Origin: Amoebophrya sp. A120
Lineage: Eukaryota > Protista > Dinoflagellata
DNA length: 64,000 nt
Direction: 5' to 3'
Assembly: GCA_905178155.1 (NCBI GenBank)
Contig: CAJINV010000008.1
Coordinates: forward strand, 1,984,001 to 2,048,000
Part shown: positions 43,331 to 57,100 of the stretch, piece by piece
Position numbering within the stretch: the first letter of the stretch is position 1
How the letters are laid out: the number at the start of each line of letters is the position of its first letter
The notes under the pieces: generated by a model
Seen by the model: only the letters and a program-made list of their open reading frames with translations
What the model was told of the DNA's origin: nothing
The model's database searches: none
Position numbers and translations under genes: made by a program

Positions 43331-44620
43331 ATGCGAGTCGTTCTCTGTATCGGCGACTCCCACACCCGCGGTGTCATCGGCGGGAGTTACGTTTCCGAGT
43401 TGCAGACCTTGGTAGAAACAAGTTGTCCCTCCTCCTCCACCTCCGCTTCCCAGAAGGAAATCAAGCTCGTTCGCAGGGGCGTCGATGGGCAGACGGTGAG
43501 CAGTGTCCGGCAGCGCATCCAGGGGGCGGTGACGGAAAACCGTCCGGAAGTCGTCATTCTGCTTGCCGGGACGAATGATTGCCTGGCAAGGTTGTCTTTC
43601 GAAAAGAACAACCAGCCCCTGCTGTCGCATCTGATGAAGGTCAACCATTCCACCCTGTTATCCAGCACAACTGCGGTCGGGTTCGTGGAAGAATACAGGC
43701 AGTGTTTGGAGCAGTGCCTCGCGGCCGGGGATCATGTTCCTGCAGCTGTAGGACAAGAATCTACTTTTTTATCCGGACGAGAAACAAATCACGACGATGA
43801 AGTTGATGCAAGACGACAAAGGGCTCCTGATCCTGAAAACAGCGAAAGCAGCAAACCCCCTTCATCGTTTTTGAAAGAAATCGTCTGCGTCGGCCTGCCG
43901 CCTCTGGGGGAGGACCCGGAGTCCTACAGCAACGCCGTGGTTTCGGAGTACAACAGGGCCATCCAACGGGCTGTGTTTGCGGTGGAAGCCGGTCGGAAGA
44001 ACAAGACGGTGAAGATCAGTTTTCTGCCGGTGCAGGAACTGCTTCTGGAAAAAGAGCATGCTGAAACACTAGAGGGACGAGGCTCTACTCCTGCGCCAAA
44101 TGTACAACCAGATGAGCAAAGAGAGGCCCCCGCGTCTACTTCACGGCATCAGTCACCAAGTAGTGGGAGCACTGGTTGTACCAACAGGACATTGCTGCAG
44201 GAGGAGCAGGCAGCGGGTCAGGCGGAGGAGAAGGACAAAAACGCAGGGAAAAACACGACACACTCGGGCGGAGACGGCGTGGCAGAATCTTTTTGTTCAT
44301 CATCCTGGTTACTACATAATTTGAAGAAGTGCTGCCGCAGCTCCCTGTTTTTCTCCTTCGGCTTTCCCCTACAGCGACAGTCCAGTCCCGCATACGATCC
44401 GTTGAAAAAGCAGACTCTACTGGTCCTGGACATGGTCATCGGGAACCTTTTGTGCTACGCGGATCGGCTGTTTTCTTCAAAGTTTATGCTCACGCGCCTG
44501 CGCTGTCCCCCGAATTTTTTCACGTACCGCTGGTGCGGGTGCCGCTTTCTCTGTGACCGCATCCACTTCAACAACGTCGGGGCAGCGATGCTGGCCGAGA
44601 AATTGCACGAAAAACTGTGA
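43331..44620 (+). CDS. SGNH/GDSL hydrolase family protein
   Basis: Block I IGDSHT, block II GVDG, block III LAGTND, block V DRIHFN; single exon. Confidence 0.85.
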   Translation: MRVVLCIGDSHTRGVIGGSYVSELQTLVETSCPSSSTSASQKEIKLVRRGVDGQTVSSVRQRIQGAVTENRPEVVILLAGTNDCLARLSFEKNNQPLLSHLMKVNHSTLLSSTTAVGFVEEYRQCLEQCLAAGDHVPAAVGQESTFLSGRETNHDDEVDARRQRAPDPENSESSKPPSSFLKEIVCVGLPPLGEDPESYSNAVVSEYNRAIQRAVFAVEAGRKNKTVKISFLPVQELLLEKEHAETLEGRGSTPAPNVQPDEQREAPASTSRHQSPSSGSTGCTNRTLLQEEQAAGQAEEKDKNAGKNTTHSGGDGVAESFCSSSWLLHNLKKCCRSSLFFSFGFPLQRQSSPAYDPLKKQTLLVLDMVIGNLLCYADRLFSSKFMLTRLRCPPNFFTYRWCGCRFLCDRIHFNNVGAAMLAEKLHEKL

Positions 44621-45227
44621 TGCATGAAGTGCTTTGCTGAGTTGTCCTCTGTTTATTAAAGGAGTTGCTTTTATTTCGTGGCTCTGTCCAAAAAATCGTG
44701 TCGCTGCGGTTCCGCAAGCGGAGGGGACGTGTTTCTCGCTTCTCAAATATCCACCTTCTGTTCCACAGAAATCTGAAATAAGGAACGGCAGTTCCGACAA
44801 GAATCCCCAGCAACAAGAATCGGATCATTATGAACGAATGTAGCAGAGCTGGACCTACAAATAAAGGTTCGATCATGAAATTCAAATTCATCCGAAGTTC
44901 ACCACCGCGTCGTGAATTGTGTGTTTACTTCACACAGAAATTCTAGTTTCCCTTCCGATTGTGATTGTGTAGAACGCCGAGGAAATAATAAATTATACTG
45001 GTCGCAATTCCAAATCCAATTTCCACTTCTCAGGCTACCAGATGGTTACGGCATCAATGAAATACATACTGAGTAGAAATAAAATAGTTACAGTAGCAGA
45101 CAGTTCTTTCAATAGTTCTTGTTGATTTTCGACGATTCCAGCACGTCTTTCACGCGACGCCGTTGTTTAGACTCTTACGCGTAAAAATCACCTCGGCGAC
45201 ATCAACTAACTCGCTTCAACATCGACC

Positions 45228-47963
45228 ATGGGAGAGGGAAAGAGTTCTTCGGGTGGCGCGCACAAGCTCGGCGATGCCGGCGCGCGCGACATCCGGGCAG
45301 CGAACATTTTGGCGGCCACCGCAGTGGCAGACACGGTCAGAACCAGTCTCGGACCAAGAGGCATGGACAAAATGATCGAAGACCCGCGCGGCGAGGTCAT
45401 GATCACAAACGACGGAGCAACCATTCTGAAAGAGCTGTATAGCGGTTGTTTTTTTGCTGCGGCATTCATTTCAGCGATAAGAAGAATGGCGTTAATATCT
45501 GGGAGCACGAGAGTTCTTGGAAGTTGATTTGCAATGAAAATATGGCCGCACTACAAACAATGAATGAGATGAGCTGCTGCAAAATATTGCCATATGACAC
45601 TCCACAACAGGCGCGTTTCCCATCCCTGCGCAAAAATGCTGGTGGACCTGTCACACTCCCAGGATATTGAAGCCGGCGACGGCACGACCTCCGTTGTTGT
45701 CACAGCGGGGTCTCTGCTGCAGCAGGCCGAGCAGCTGCTCGGGAAGGGTATTATTGGCTGCTTGTTGACTACACAGTGAGGTTTGGAAAAAAGAACACTC
45801 AGTTTGCGAAAAGTTTGCATCCAATGCGCGAACAGTATTTGCGTTCCCCGTCGATAATGCCCTCCCTCAACCGCCGGTGGTGCGCAGCGTCGTGCAGATT
45901 ATGACGGAAGAAAAGATTATTCACTTTTATCCAGGTATCCACCCGCAGACCATCACAGAGGCTTTTCTGAAGGCCGAGGACAAAGCGGAAGAGATTCTTG
46001 GCGAGATGAGCATACCAGTGACGCTGAAGGATCGCGACGCTTTGATCCGTAACGCCTCGACCTCTCTGAACTCGAAGGTCGTTGCTCAGTCTGCCGGCAC
46101 TCTCGCTCCGATCGCGGTGGACGCGGTACTTGATAGCACTTAGTGGTTTATTGTCTTTTCCATAAAATTTCTTCGGGAATGAGAATGACACGAGGGATTG
46201 TGATGTTCTGTGGCGCCTGATTTGAACAAGCATACTTTATTTTTCATGCTTCTGGTAGTACCTCTACCTGCACCAAGACGTCGACTTGCCACCTTTATCT
46301 TTGCAAAATACAGGTCCTGAAATTGGTCGGCGACGACGACAGGACGGACAATGTCGATTTGAATGATGTGCGGATAGCCCAGAAAATCGGCGGCACTATG
46401 GACGACACGGAATTGGTGGACGGGCTGGTTCTAACTCAGCAAGTCGTCCGCAACGCCGGCGGCCCAACCCGGGTCAAGGACGCGAAAATTGGTATAATTT
46501 GCTCTTTCTGCCATGCATATACTTGCATTGCATTCATCCTTGGGATGTTCTTGCCGTGGAAAGTTGTGACAACGATGTAATGAATTAGACGATCATGTTC
46601 AACACGAATATAAACTCATCAGGTTTAATCCAGTTCTGCCTGTCCCCGCCAAAAACGGATATGGAAAGCAACGTCACTGTTAAGGACTACAACCAGATGG
46701 ACCGCATCTTGCGCGAGGAACGAATGCACATCGCGAAAATGGTATTCAATCTGAGTTTCTGCTTTCGATGTTTTCTTGCAGAGCAAACCGCATCTAGTAC
46801 TTTACTTATTTTCTTTTGACTTTGCTGCCGCGATGAACCAACACCTTGACGACTTCGGCGCGAAAATGTTTTTCCAGGTGAAGAAGATCGCTCAGACCGG
46901 ATGCAACGTCTTGCTGATCCAGAAGTCGATCCTTCGCGACGCTGTCACGGATTTGAGTCTGGACTTCTGCGCGAAAATGAAAATTATGGTCGTCCGCGAC
47001 GTGGAACGGGAGGACATCGACTTTATCTCGCGCATACTCGGCTGCGAGCCGGTGGCCGACCTGGAAAATTTCACGAAGGACAAACTCGGAGAGGCGGGCT
47101 TGGTGTACGACGACAATTTAGGTACAACTGCATTGACTGTGCTTTTTGTGAAAAAATTTTACATCACGTTTCTGGTGTTTAATTTTTACGCTGCATTCAT
47201 TTGAGGAACAAGACATGTTTGCTTCCCTCCAAGAAGCAGATGAGTTGTAAACGACCCAATCAACGGACGGCACAAAAAACTTATGATCCCAGGTACATCG
47301 GGCGCCATGGGGGTGACAAGGTTTTGCGAACTGAAAGCGGCAGAGAAGAAGTGCGTGAGCATCCTGGTGCGGGGCTCAAATCAGATGCTGCTCGCGGAAA
47401 CCGAGCGAAGTCTCCATGATGCCCTGTGCGTGGTCCGATCTCTGGTGAAGAAGAAGGCACTGATTCCGGGCGGTGCCGCGCCGGAAATGGAAATGAGTAC
47501 GAAGCTGAAAAAATGGGCCAGGACGGTAAGGAACTTTTATTGGGAATAAACCTCAAGATAATTCTTGAAAAGAGCACTCACCGCTCGAAAGGTTCTTTCT
47601 CATGCTTAGTATTTTCGACAGGCACAATTAATTATGTCTCGAACGAAACACTTGCACTACCACTATCAGATCGGCGGCGTCGAGGCGATTTGCGTGGAGT
47701 ATTTCGCGGAGGCCCTGGAGCGAATCCCCTATACCCTCGCGGAAAACGCCGGGTTGAACCCCATCGACATTGTGACGAAGCTCCGCACCGCCCACGTGGA
47801 CGGCCAGAAGTACGCGGGCATCAACGTGAAAAAGGCGTGCATCAGCGACATGCTGGCCGAGAACGTGGTCCAGCCCCTCCTCGTCTCCGTCAGCATCATC
47901 AAAATGGCGACGGAAACCGTGCGACTCATCCTCAAAATCGACGACATCGTCATGACCAGGTAA
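45228..47963 (+). CDS. CCT4: T-complex protein 1 subunit delta, 8 exons
   Basis: [66 protein letters not shown]; seven GT-AG introns. Confidence 0.95.
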
Positions 47964-49322
47964 GGACGTATGGGATGGTGCAGGTGGTGTGATGGAGTAA
48001 GGTGGACCAGGTAACAGCGGGGTGATGGAGTAACGCAGTCTCGTCCTGAGAGTGACTTGATCTGCCGCACGAAGCATACATGCTGATTGCGTTGCTGTGT
48101 GAAATGAAACCAAAAGCGACCCTGGCATGATGATTGGATGGTCTCGATTCAGCTTTACACGACATCTACATTGCTTCACCCCAAATCGTGACCAACACAT
48201 TTTTTTAGGTGTTTATCAGTTCTTGAATGAAATTTCTACATATTTCTGGAGCAGTCTTGCTGGGCGAATAATTTGAATGCCGAACAACATCGTTTTTTTG
48301 CAGATGCTGCATCGATCTCTCGTGTTCGTGCTACACCATGAAGTGATCCACACACACCGATCAATCTAGCTGCTTCATCAAGTCAGGAGGTGCCTCTGTT
48401 GCGTGTCCGGCCTGACACCATTCACGTGGTACTTAATGCAAGCAGAGACCTTTTGGCGGATGGATGCACACCGTCTCAACACCTCCTTGTGGACGGATTT
48501 ATGGCCATGCACGGAGGGGCGCGCGAGCGTCATTGTTTTTCTTTTCATTGTAATGTGCTAGCGCCCATTCTCCTTGTCACTCTTCATTGGTTTGTCTTGA
48601 GAACGATCTCTGACCATGTGCGTGACCGTAAAGAAGATCTATTGATTCGCATCCCCGTCCGGCACTATGAAGATTTACTGCTGGCGGGAACGCTTTGATT
48701 GACGACGGTTGTAACACCGACTGCCAGCATCAGATAAGAAATCGCCGCGTGCGCTCTCGTTCCAGTCTTTTGCTTATTGTAACGCTGCACGAACTCGGTC
48801 CTCGGTGAAACGTCCTTCACCGGCACGTTTACTTCGAACACACGAGCTTCTGACAATGCCACACCTTTGCAAGCAAGGACTTCTTGCGACGCGCGGGCCT
48901 GTTGTATGGAGCTCGAGGATATCGAGCCGAAGTAATGTCACACTATCTTGTGCTGCAACATGAATTCGTCGATACAAACTCAAGAGTAAATTAATAGATT
49001 ACCACTTCCCCCAGATATACCTGTCAGGAACTGGTAATACATTGCTTATTTCTCTAATATTTGCATTTGATGCATTACTTCAGGTAGAGCATCCCAATCC
49101 TTAGCAATACCTAGCAACATGGCTGTTTAGTGCTTTGATTGCGGCTGTTTTTTTAGTTTTACTATAGGCTAACTTGGTTCGCTCTGCCGTAGTTCTCTGG
49201 ATGTTGGTTTTCCTTCAATCCTTGAACCCGGTAGGGTAAATCTCATCTAAAAAAAATGCGCTTCGTCGTGGTTCTCTCGATGTTGGTCTTCCTCCAATCC
49301 CTGAACCCGAATTAATGTTAAT

Positions 49323-49877
49323 GACGACATCGTCATGACCAGGTAAGGAAGGATGGGATGGTGCAGGTGGTCGAGTCCGAAGTAAAGGTATAGCTGGATC
49401 GATCTGGTTATCCTGAGTAAAAACGTACCCACACCAGAGTCAGGTTGGGGATTTTGCAACACAATCCTAGGAGTTTTGTGAGTCATGCATGACAAGTTGC
49501 ACTTTGCAGTGTAGTGCAGGTTAGCAAGTGCAGCCGCATCACAGATTCGTCTGCTCATCCTGTTCACAGCATCACAAATTCCAAAACACGATTGGTAATG
49601 GCTCTCATGGGGATGCGCATTACAAGTCTTCCTCTCTTTGCAAATCTGCATTACAACTCTGGTGTGGTTACGTTTTTACTCAGGATACTGGTGTTCACAA
49701 TGCGTACATACGGATCGCGCGTGTGTGAAACAAGGGCAAAAACTCAAACCGTCGACGACCCTGGCATGACGATTGGATTTTTTCGACTCAATTCTATACG
49801 ACATCGACGTTGCTTCATCCCAAAGCGTGACCACAATTTTTTCAGGTGTCAATCAGTTCTTAAATGAAATTTTTCTG
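49323..49877 (+). pseudogene. Diverged duplicate of the CCT4 3' end and 3' flank
   Basis: 49323-49371 matches 47940-47988 (GACGACATCGTCATGACCAGGTAAGG..GGGATGGTGCAGGTGGT); about 49695-49877 aligns to about 48065-48237; interrupted by a family D element. Confidence 0.8.
49409..49687. mobile_element. Family D element in non-coding DNA
   Basis: 32-bp TIR with one mismatch (TATCCTGAGTAAAAACGTA.CCACACCAGAGT); perfect TSD CTGGT. Confidence 0.95.
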
Positions 49878-50593
49878 CCAGAAGGGTCCGTTTGGGACAT
49901 ACTCAGCCCGAAGGCGCACATGCCGAGTTGGCGTTCTGTTCTGTCGAAACGAAAGCAGTTCTAAAAGTATCTCTTGAAGAACAAGACGAAGTATGTTTCG
50001 GTGGATCGCTGGGAAACGATTAAATGCCAACGATCTCCTGGAACCAGCGAATGATCACACTTAGAAAATAAAATGTGAGTAAATATATCGCACCGAATTT
50101 CTTTCAGTCCGTGACTCTGCAGCTCATGATGCTTGTGGAGTGGAATTACTTTTTATAAACAGCTGGCTTCGTGCGCAATGTCTTCAATCTCCTCGTCTTC
50201 TCTCATCGTGGCTGTCGTAAAGTTCGTACGCAGAATTCTTCGTGCAGCAGTGGTGTCTTCACATGATCGAACCTCCTCTTATCGTTTGTGTCGTCATTGT
50301 CATTTTTGAAGAATGCGCGCAGTCGTGCTTATGTCCGTTATTTGTATTTGTAGTTTGGGTCGGCAAGCAAAAGCAAAAGCCTGGACGCGACACATTGTTT
50401 GTTGCCTTGCATGGACCTAGGCATGCTATTTTGGACTTTGTTTTTAGTTGACTAAAGTACTTTACAAAGAAGAAGTTCCCAGGTACACCATTGTGCATCC
50501 CAACATTCCGGTATAATTTCCCCGCAGACAATAAAACCAATCCACCACACCAGTATCATCTACCAATTCGGAAAAGAAAAGGTCGCAAAAATC

Positions 50594-52607
50594 ATGACGG
50601 TCGAAAGCCGGGAGAAAGTTACCCCGGCCCGCCCGCGGTTAGGTGCTTCGACGCCGGAAGATAAGCCCACCGCCGCAACCACCGACTGGACCGCCGGCTG
50701 CTGGACCGCGCGGGTCCTTGAGAAGCCCGAAGTCCCCGTCCAGGAGACGAAGCAGAAGCAGTCCAACATCACCCGCAACAAGAACGACTACTACTGGATC
50801 CTGGGGTTCTACCTGCTGTTTTTCGTCCTCTCTCGGCTCCAGTGGCCCACGCACCTGAAAACCACCGTGCGCGATCGGGAGTACCTGATCGAGGAGATGA
50901 ACAGCCTGTCCGTGTTCGGTCCGTTACCGGACCCGCGAAACGGGGACTGGAACCAGCTCTGGTTCCTCTATTTCCTGCAGACCGCGCTCGCGATCCCGGT
51001 CGTCGTTGCGTGCACCTGGGTGGTGATGTTCGGGTACGACCGCGTCTGCGGATGTCGTGCCACTCGCGGGTCCACTACCACCGGTCCGACGCTCTTGTTC
51101 CAGCTGAAAACCATCGCGGTCAACTGCTGCCTGTTCCTGCCCCTGGCCGACACCCTCGCGGTGTACCTGGTGCACAAGGGCGCGTTCAAGACCTTTGTCC
51201 AGGACTGTCCGCACACCTATCAAAAGGAAAAATCCCCCCTCCCCATATCGAAAACGAAATTTGTGTTGCTGTATTTGTGTAAGAACTGCACGCAGATCGT
51301 AAGCCTAAGGAGGGGGGGGCTCTTGGTGTAGGGGCCTAGCATGGCAGGCGTCTGCCCTATAGGCCTTGCAGCATTACAAAGCGCCTGCATACCCTGGCGG
51401 AGTCTCTGAGTTTGCCCTCTTGCAAGAGAGACAGGATTTGTGGCCACAAATCAGCATCGCAAATCTTTAGAAACATAGACACTTCTTCAGTATGGGGAGG
51501 GGGGATTTTTCGTCTCAATAACACCGCGATGGACTTCTTCGGGGTTTTCTCTTTGAACCCGACGGACCACTTTTACGTCTACCACCTCCGGGACGCGCTG
51601 CTCTGGGCCCTGGGGTTCGAGCTGTGCTGGTACTTCCAGCACCGGGGGATGCACGACAACAAGTTCCTGTGGAAGTTCGGCCACGAGTATCACCACCAGT
51701 GGCGCAAGCCCGAGCACATGATGGGCGTCACCAACTTCGCGTTCGACCATGTGGTGGAGGTTTGGGTTACCATGAGCAGCAGTTTCATTGTACCACACAG
51801 AGAAAAAGCTGGCGTATCAGAGGACTTGTTGTATATGTGTGGAATACCATGAATAGAAGACAGGGCAGATGTTCCTTCGTCGATAGCATGTTGTTTGAGC
51901 TCATTTGCAATATACTTTTATACGAATTTTTGGCTTATAGTTGTTTTTGCATGTTGTAGTTGACAGCGCATCTGCTATGCTAGCTTTTTTCTCTGGGATA
52001 CATCCCGATGCTGTTCTTTCCCATCCATCTGTGGACCATGCGGATCGTGGGTTTTTTCTACATGATCCTCGCGGTGCTGGCCCACTGGGACGGGTTTGCC
52101 ATGCGGTACCACCTGAACCACCACTACTTGGTGGTGAAAAACTACGGTAGCCACGTGCCGATCTTCGACATGTTCTTCGGTACCTACCAGCCAAACTCGT
52201 TTTTTCCGACCTGCGAAAAGCACTGGTATCCGGGGTTCAAACCGGAAGGTCGAACGGGTATCAAATGTTGCAAAAATGTCTGGGTCTGGAAAGTCGCAAC
52301 TTGTCATGCCGTCTTCGGATTCGAAAAAAATTTGTGTTGCATGACCAGCAAGGGGAGTCGACTTTGTGCTACGCGGAGAGGGCATTTGTCATGCAGTATA
52401 CGCATCAGAAACAGCGAGCCCTCAAAAAGTCTGTGATGCTAGGGCATGCATCACAGACGTCATGGGTCATGCAAAATGTGCATGGCAAGTCTTGCACTAT
52501 TCCAGACCCAGACATATTTGCAATCCATAACGGGGGGAAACGACCAAAATGCGAACGACAAAGGCCAGGAGGGGACCACCAGGAAGGAGACTGCAAAGGA
52601 ACAATAA
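50594..52607 (+). CDS. Sterol desaturase / fatty-acid hydroxylase superfamily protein, 4 exons
   Basis: His boxes HRGMH, HEYHH, HLNHH followed by NYG..FDMFFGT; TM helices; all three introns are TIR elements. Confidence 0.88.
51218..51520. mobile_element. Introner family B in desaturase gene
   Basis: TIR GAAAAATCCCCCCTCCCCATA; perfect TSD ACACC; excision gives DCPHTAMDFF. Confidence 0.93.
51791..52000. mobile_element. Introner family G in desaturase gene
   Basis: TIR CAGAGAAAAAGCT.GC.TA.CAGA; TSD CATTG/CATCC; excision gives SSSFIPMLFFP. Confidence 0.8.
52259..52529. mobile_element. Introner family A in desaturase gene
   Basis: TIR TTGCAAA.ATGTCTGGGTCTGGAA; perfect TSD ACGGG; collinear with 375-636. 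Confidence 0.93.
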
Positions 52608-54133
52608 GGAAGGCCGCTTGCGATGTCTCCCCATGCATAGTTTTACTGATTTCAATCATCGTCAATTTTCAATAGTGTTTGTCGAGTAAGTCGATTGTAT
52701 CAGTGCTATGATTCATAGCAACAGTTTTCGGAAGTCGCGCAAAGTGCGTGAACTTCTGGGTATTATTTGCATTGTCACGACGTTTTCTACTTGAATGCGG
52801 TACTCGTTCCCTGGAGGGAGTCGTTTTCCCGATTTCTCATGGCCTCGACAAGGCTTCTCAAGTACATTCTCGCAAGAGCACCTTGCTTTCCATGCTGTTG
52901 CTTGCATCCCCATTCTACTGCGTATAAACTTTTTCTCGTGACGAAGATAAGGTGTCAAATTGAAAGTTTCACTAGTGAAAAATCAGTTTGCCTAGAGTTA
53001 CTACATACAATAGTTCCGCAGCGATCTACACAGTCACACCAACGGGTCCTCAAAGTGATTATTCTATGTGGACAGTACAATTCTTTTTATTTTTTCTCTC
53101 AGCTTCAGCACCAGCAGAGCTACAATATTTACGCAAAATTTATTTCTTGGTACGGGAAGAATCACCGCGCTGTTCTCACGCCTGCGACGTCCGGCTTTGG
53201 TTGCAAATGATCCGTGTAAAGATTTGCATATCACGACAACCGAAGCCGTCGCGACACGAAAGTCAATGAGGTGTCGGTAGAACAACCGCTGGATGATTTA
53301 CTTCTATCAATCGATTTTTGATGATGTGGTGAGATAGGAAGTAGAAACACTGGATCTGAATGTAGTGTGATCAATGTCGGACCTTGTTACCTTCTCCGGG
53401 TAATATCTGTGCCATAGCTCGACAAGAATGCGTGCCCGTAAACCATGGTGCGGATCTTCGAGACGGATCTTTCACAATGGTAAAATCGGTTGGGACTGCA
53501 TGAAGGATGCTGTCTGTATTACTAACAAATTTCCAGAGCCAAGGATCTTCGCAGTGCTGCTTCAGATAAGCTAGCCTCTCAAAAGATCAAGATGGCTCAG
53601 CTGATTTATTCTAGAGAGGAAGGAAAAGTAGAGTACGAGATCAAGATCAAGAAGATCCTATGAATAGAGAAAAGTTCGTTATGGGACCGTAAAAACGATG
53701 AAGTCTGTTGTCGAAAAGGCAAGGTGGAACATTAGAGTACGCAGAAGTATACTACTACGCTCAATGTGAAAGAAAGAGGCCGCCGGTTCAACTTCATTTG
53801 TGTCTGTCTCGCGGCCGCGGTAGTTTTCCACTAGTGCGATCACAACAAGATCAGGCTTGAGTACTTGTCATAGCTTCGTGCTACTTACTGTACATCGCTT
53901 CTTGAGTAGAAGTCTCCAAATCAACTTTATTACAGAAGCATATCCATTAAACGACAACTTTGGAAGTATTAAGAGTTAAAGTAGTATACGACGACAATAA
54001 TTTGTAAGATTGCGTTGTGCAAAAAATCATATAAAATCATTATTACGAACCTCATCTCCTCCTCGTGTGTGACTCTCATTTGCTCTTTGCCGCTGGAGCT
54101 ACGTACCGACGCTTACTCCGGACAGGGACAACC

Positions 54134-57100
54134 ATGTTGCGCGACGCGATGCCTTTTTTGGAAACCGAGGTGATGTTTGACGGACCTGAGAAGGCGGGGA
54201 AAGATGGTATCAATTTTTACAACCACGTCGGTGAAACGAAGACGCCGCACGATTTGTGGAAACAAGACAAACCGAAAAACAAGAAAGTGGTTGCTCGTTC
54301 CTCGCAGAAGTACGTGCTTGCCGCCTTTGCTGGAGTGGCCTTGTTCGACGCAGGTCCCGCGCGCGCTGCGTTTCAAGGAGGGGCTGGTCTAGGGCTTGTG
54401 GGCGGTGGAGGTGCTGGTGCTGCTGAGGATGCTATGCAAAACAAAATAATGAAAGCTACACTTTCAGAATTTGCATCATACCATGTGAAGAGCATAAGGA
54501 CAAGGAGTGAACAAGCTGCCATGTAAATTTACGACTGAATATTTGCATAAGAAGTAGCAGGACTCGATCTAGTGACATAAAAGTCTCACCACCCGGTGAC
54601 TTGGTGTTTGCGAATGTGCATTTTTACACATACCGATCTGATGTGCTAGCGCTAGCGTGCATGAAGTTCAACGAAAAGAAGTCGGAAAGATGGCCAGAAG
54701 CGGGCGCACAACTGCACAGAGCGGTTGGCGTTGAACAAGTCTAAGTTGCTTCAACATTCGCGACAATATCAGCATTGGAGGGCCTTGCAGAAGGAATTCT
54801 GAATGAAGAGATATATGACATCAGGCGTTGTTGCCATTGTGCTGATCTATGAGGCAAATCGTCGTGAAGTGCATAGGAATTGACTCAGCCCGTTGACTAT
54901 GCATCACTCCTGACGTGGTTGTGGCACAGACATGCAAGTGGCTTTTTTTCGTTCGATACGTGGGTACAACGCGCAGGCGCCTTCGTGTCTGAACCGGTAT
55001 GGTGCCATTGTGCGCAATCGGGCTAGTCCTCCAAGTATCAAAATGGTGAGCGACCAGACCACCCCGGAGAAGTTTGTATTGCAAGACTATAAAAATTCAC
55101 TCAGCCATGTTTGTATTGCAAAGCTATAATTCACCATTGCAAGATGGAAACAGATTGAGCATCTGCGCATGAAAATTACGCTTCTAAAGAGAGGGAAAGG
55201 AAGCACGCAGCTTTTGTCACTCTGCATCACAGACGCGTTCCGCCAGTCTGCATCCGATATAGGTCCTGTTGACGATACATGGAAACAAATACACTGCGTT
55301 GTTCTCTCTAGGGATAAAAGGGGCTCTTCTCACTTTGATACTGGGAACGTGGGATCCGTTACTTACAAACCCAGTTTCTGAAGAGGTTGCGGGGTGGAAT
55401 TCGGGAATTCCGTGGCACACGGTATGCATTGCTTCTGATATGTCTGGGTCTGGAAGGATACAGGAAACTTATATTGCACTGATTGTGGAGCAGACAGAAT
55501 CAAAAATCTTCTATCATGCATGAGATGACAGCTGCGAAGGCCGCTCTTCTGGGCTGACCCAAAGAGGAGATTTTGGGTTTTGTGCCGTGGACGGGATCGA
55601 AAAACATGCGCTTCCGCGAAACGAGTACTGCGTTGGCACGCACACATGCACCCGTCCTGTTACGGACCATCGTGGTCGCAGCTAGAGTAAGTATTCAAAA
55701 TGTGCATGGAAATAAAGTCGCCACTTTTCCAGACCCGGACGGCGTTTGCACTTTAGACGCGAGTGGCCCCTTATCGTCTTGCTACAATCATCGTGCTGCT
55801 GATGGCGAAGGTGCGGATGGGGCCGAAGTTGGAGCTTTCGCCACGTGGGCCAGTGGATTTTTTCAGCGGATGCACACAGTCGATATTGTGCGGGAATGCA
55901 ATTGCGAGTCGGGGTACTTTGGTTGTTCCCACTCCCTCTGCACAATGCCGAAGTGCACAACCTACGCGCCTCCACCACCTCCAGCAGCCTCGGCGGGCGG
56001 GTCGGATGGATCATCTTCCGGCGCGGGCGGTTTGCATCTGCCAGGAGGTGGTGGGGCGGCAGCGGGAGACGTGGCTGCCGCAGCTGCAGCACCGGGGACG
56101 CCCTGGTGCCAGGAGGTGAATACCCGGTATGAGGAATACAGGCAGCATCTTCACCAGGAGTACAACAGCCGGTCGTGCGGCATGGGCGAGTTGGCGCGCG
56201 GCCTCTTTAACAGTGGTCGGTACGGAATCGAAGCCACGGGTGCGGCCACTCTGGCCGTGACGATGGGCAGCGCCTACTTTACGGCTCTCGTTTTCGAGAC
56301 GATCACTTTGTTTGGCCGTGGCGCTAGCGCATACGTGGGGAACCGGGCCGAGCATCGCGCTCGGGCGATGCAGGGCGGGCAAATCGAACCGGTTGTCGAT
56401 CCGGCGGAATGGGTGGACGGTCCAGACGCCGTCCCCGGCGCACATCCGGTTGCCGGACCGGCGCCGACACCCAGCCTCGATGCGAGTGTGAACGAGATGG
56501 TGCGCTGGGTTGACTTCTTCCGCGAGCTAAAATGGCTTGCCGACAATGCCGTGCCGCTTGATTTGTACGAGGGAGATGAACATCAAGAGCTGCGACTGCG
56601 GGCTGCTCCGCGGGTCGTAAACATCAACGCCGGATCACCTGGTCGTCAACCTGCTCCTTCTACGGCCCCCGGATCACAACAAGAACGCCTGAATGCCCAT
56701 TTGTTCCAGAAGGTGATGGGCCCTGTACCGGAGGTCACGGCGGGCACGCAAAACCCGCGCGAGCTGGGCGGTCTCCTCACAGATGTGGAAAAAAATCGAC
56801 TGGAGAGCCTGCTGGTGTACAAGGAGCAGATGCCACGTGGAGCTCCGCGTCCGCGCTGGGGACGGGTGCGCAACGAATGGTCGCCGTGGGTTACCAGTTT
56901 CACGGACCGGTGGTTCTTCCGTAACGAGTTTCTGAACTCTGAGGCTCTGTGGCGAGAACTTCGGGACGAGCTCGCGCAACCGGACGCGGCGCTGGCGCTG
57001 CTGAATCCGCTGCGGCTTTTGCAGTACGACAGCAAGTTTTTGTGGCAGGGAGGGTTTGAGTACTCGCCTCAGGAACAAGCGACCTTCGGCCGGAAGTACC

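Noticed and set aside
47960-48208. Possible GT-AG intron overlapping the CCT4 stop (CAG|GTAAGG...TTTTAG|G), echoed in the duplicate
   Set aside because: CCT4 already ends at the conserved KIDDIVxxR terminus; there is no evidence for an extension without cDNA.
54433-54935. Possible additional TAT-start introner
   Set aside because: No convincing TIR, and the element+5 rule does not give a long frame; only an ATGCAA direct repeat supports a junction.
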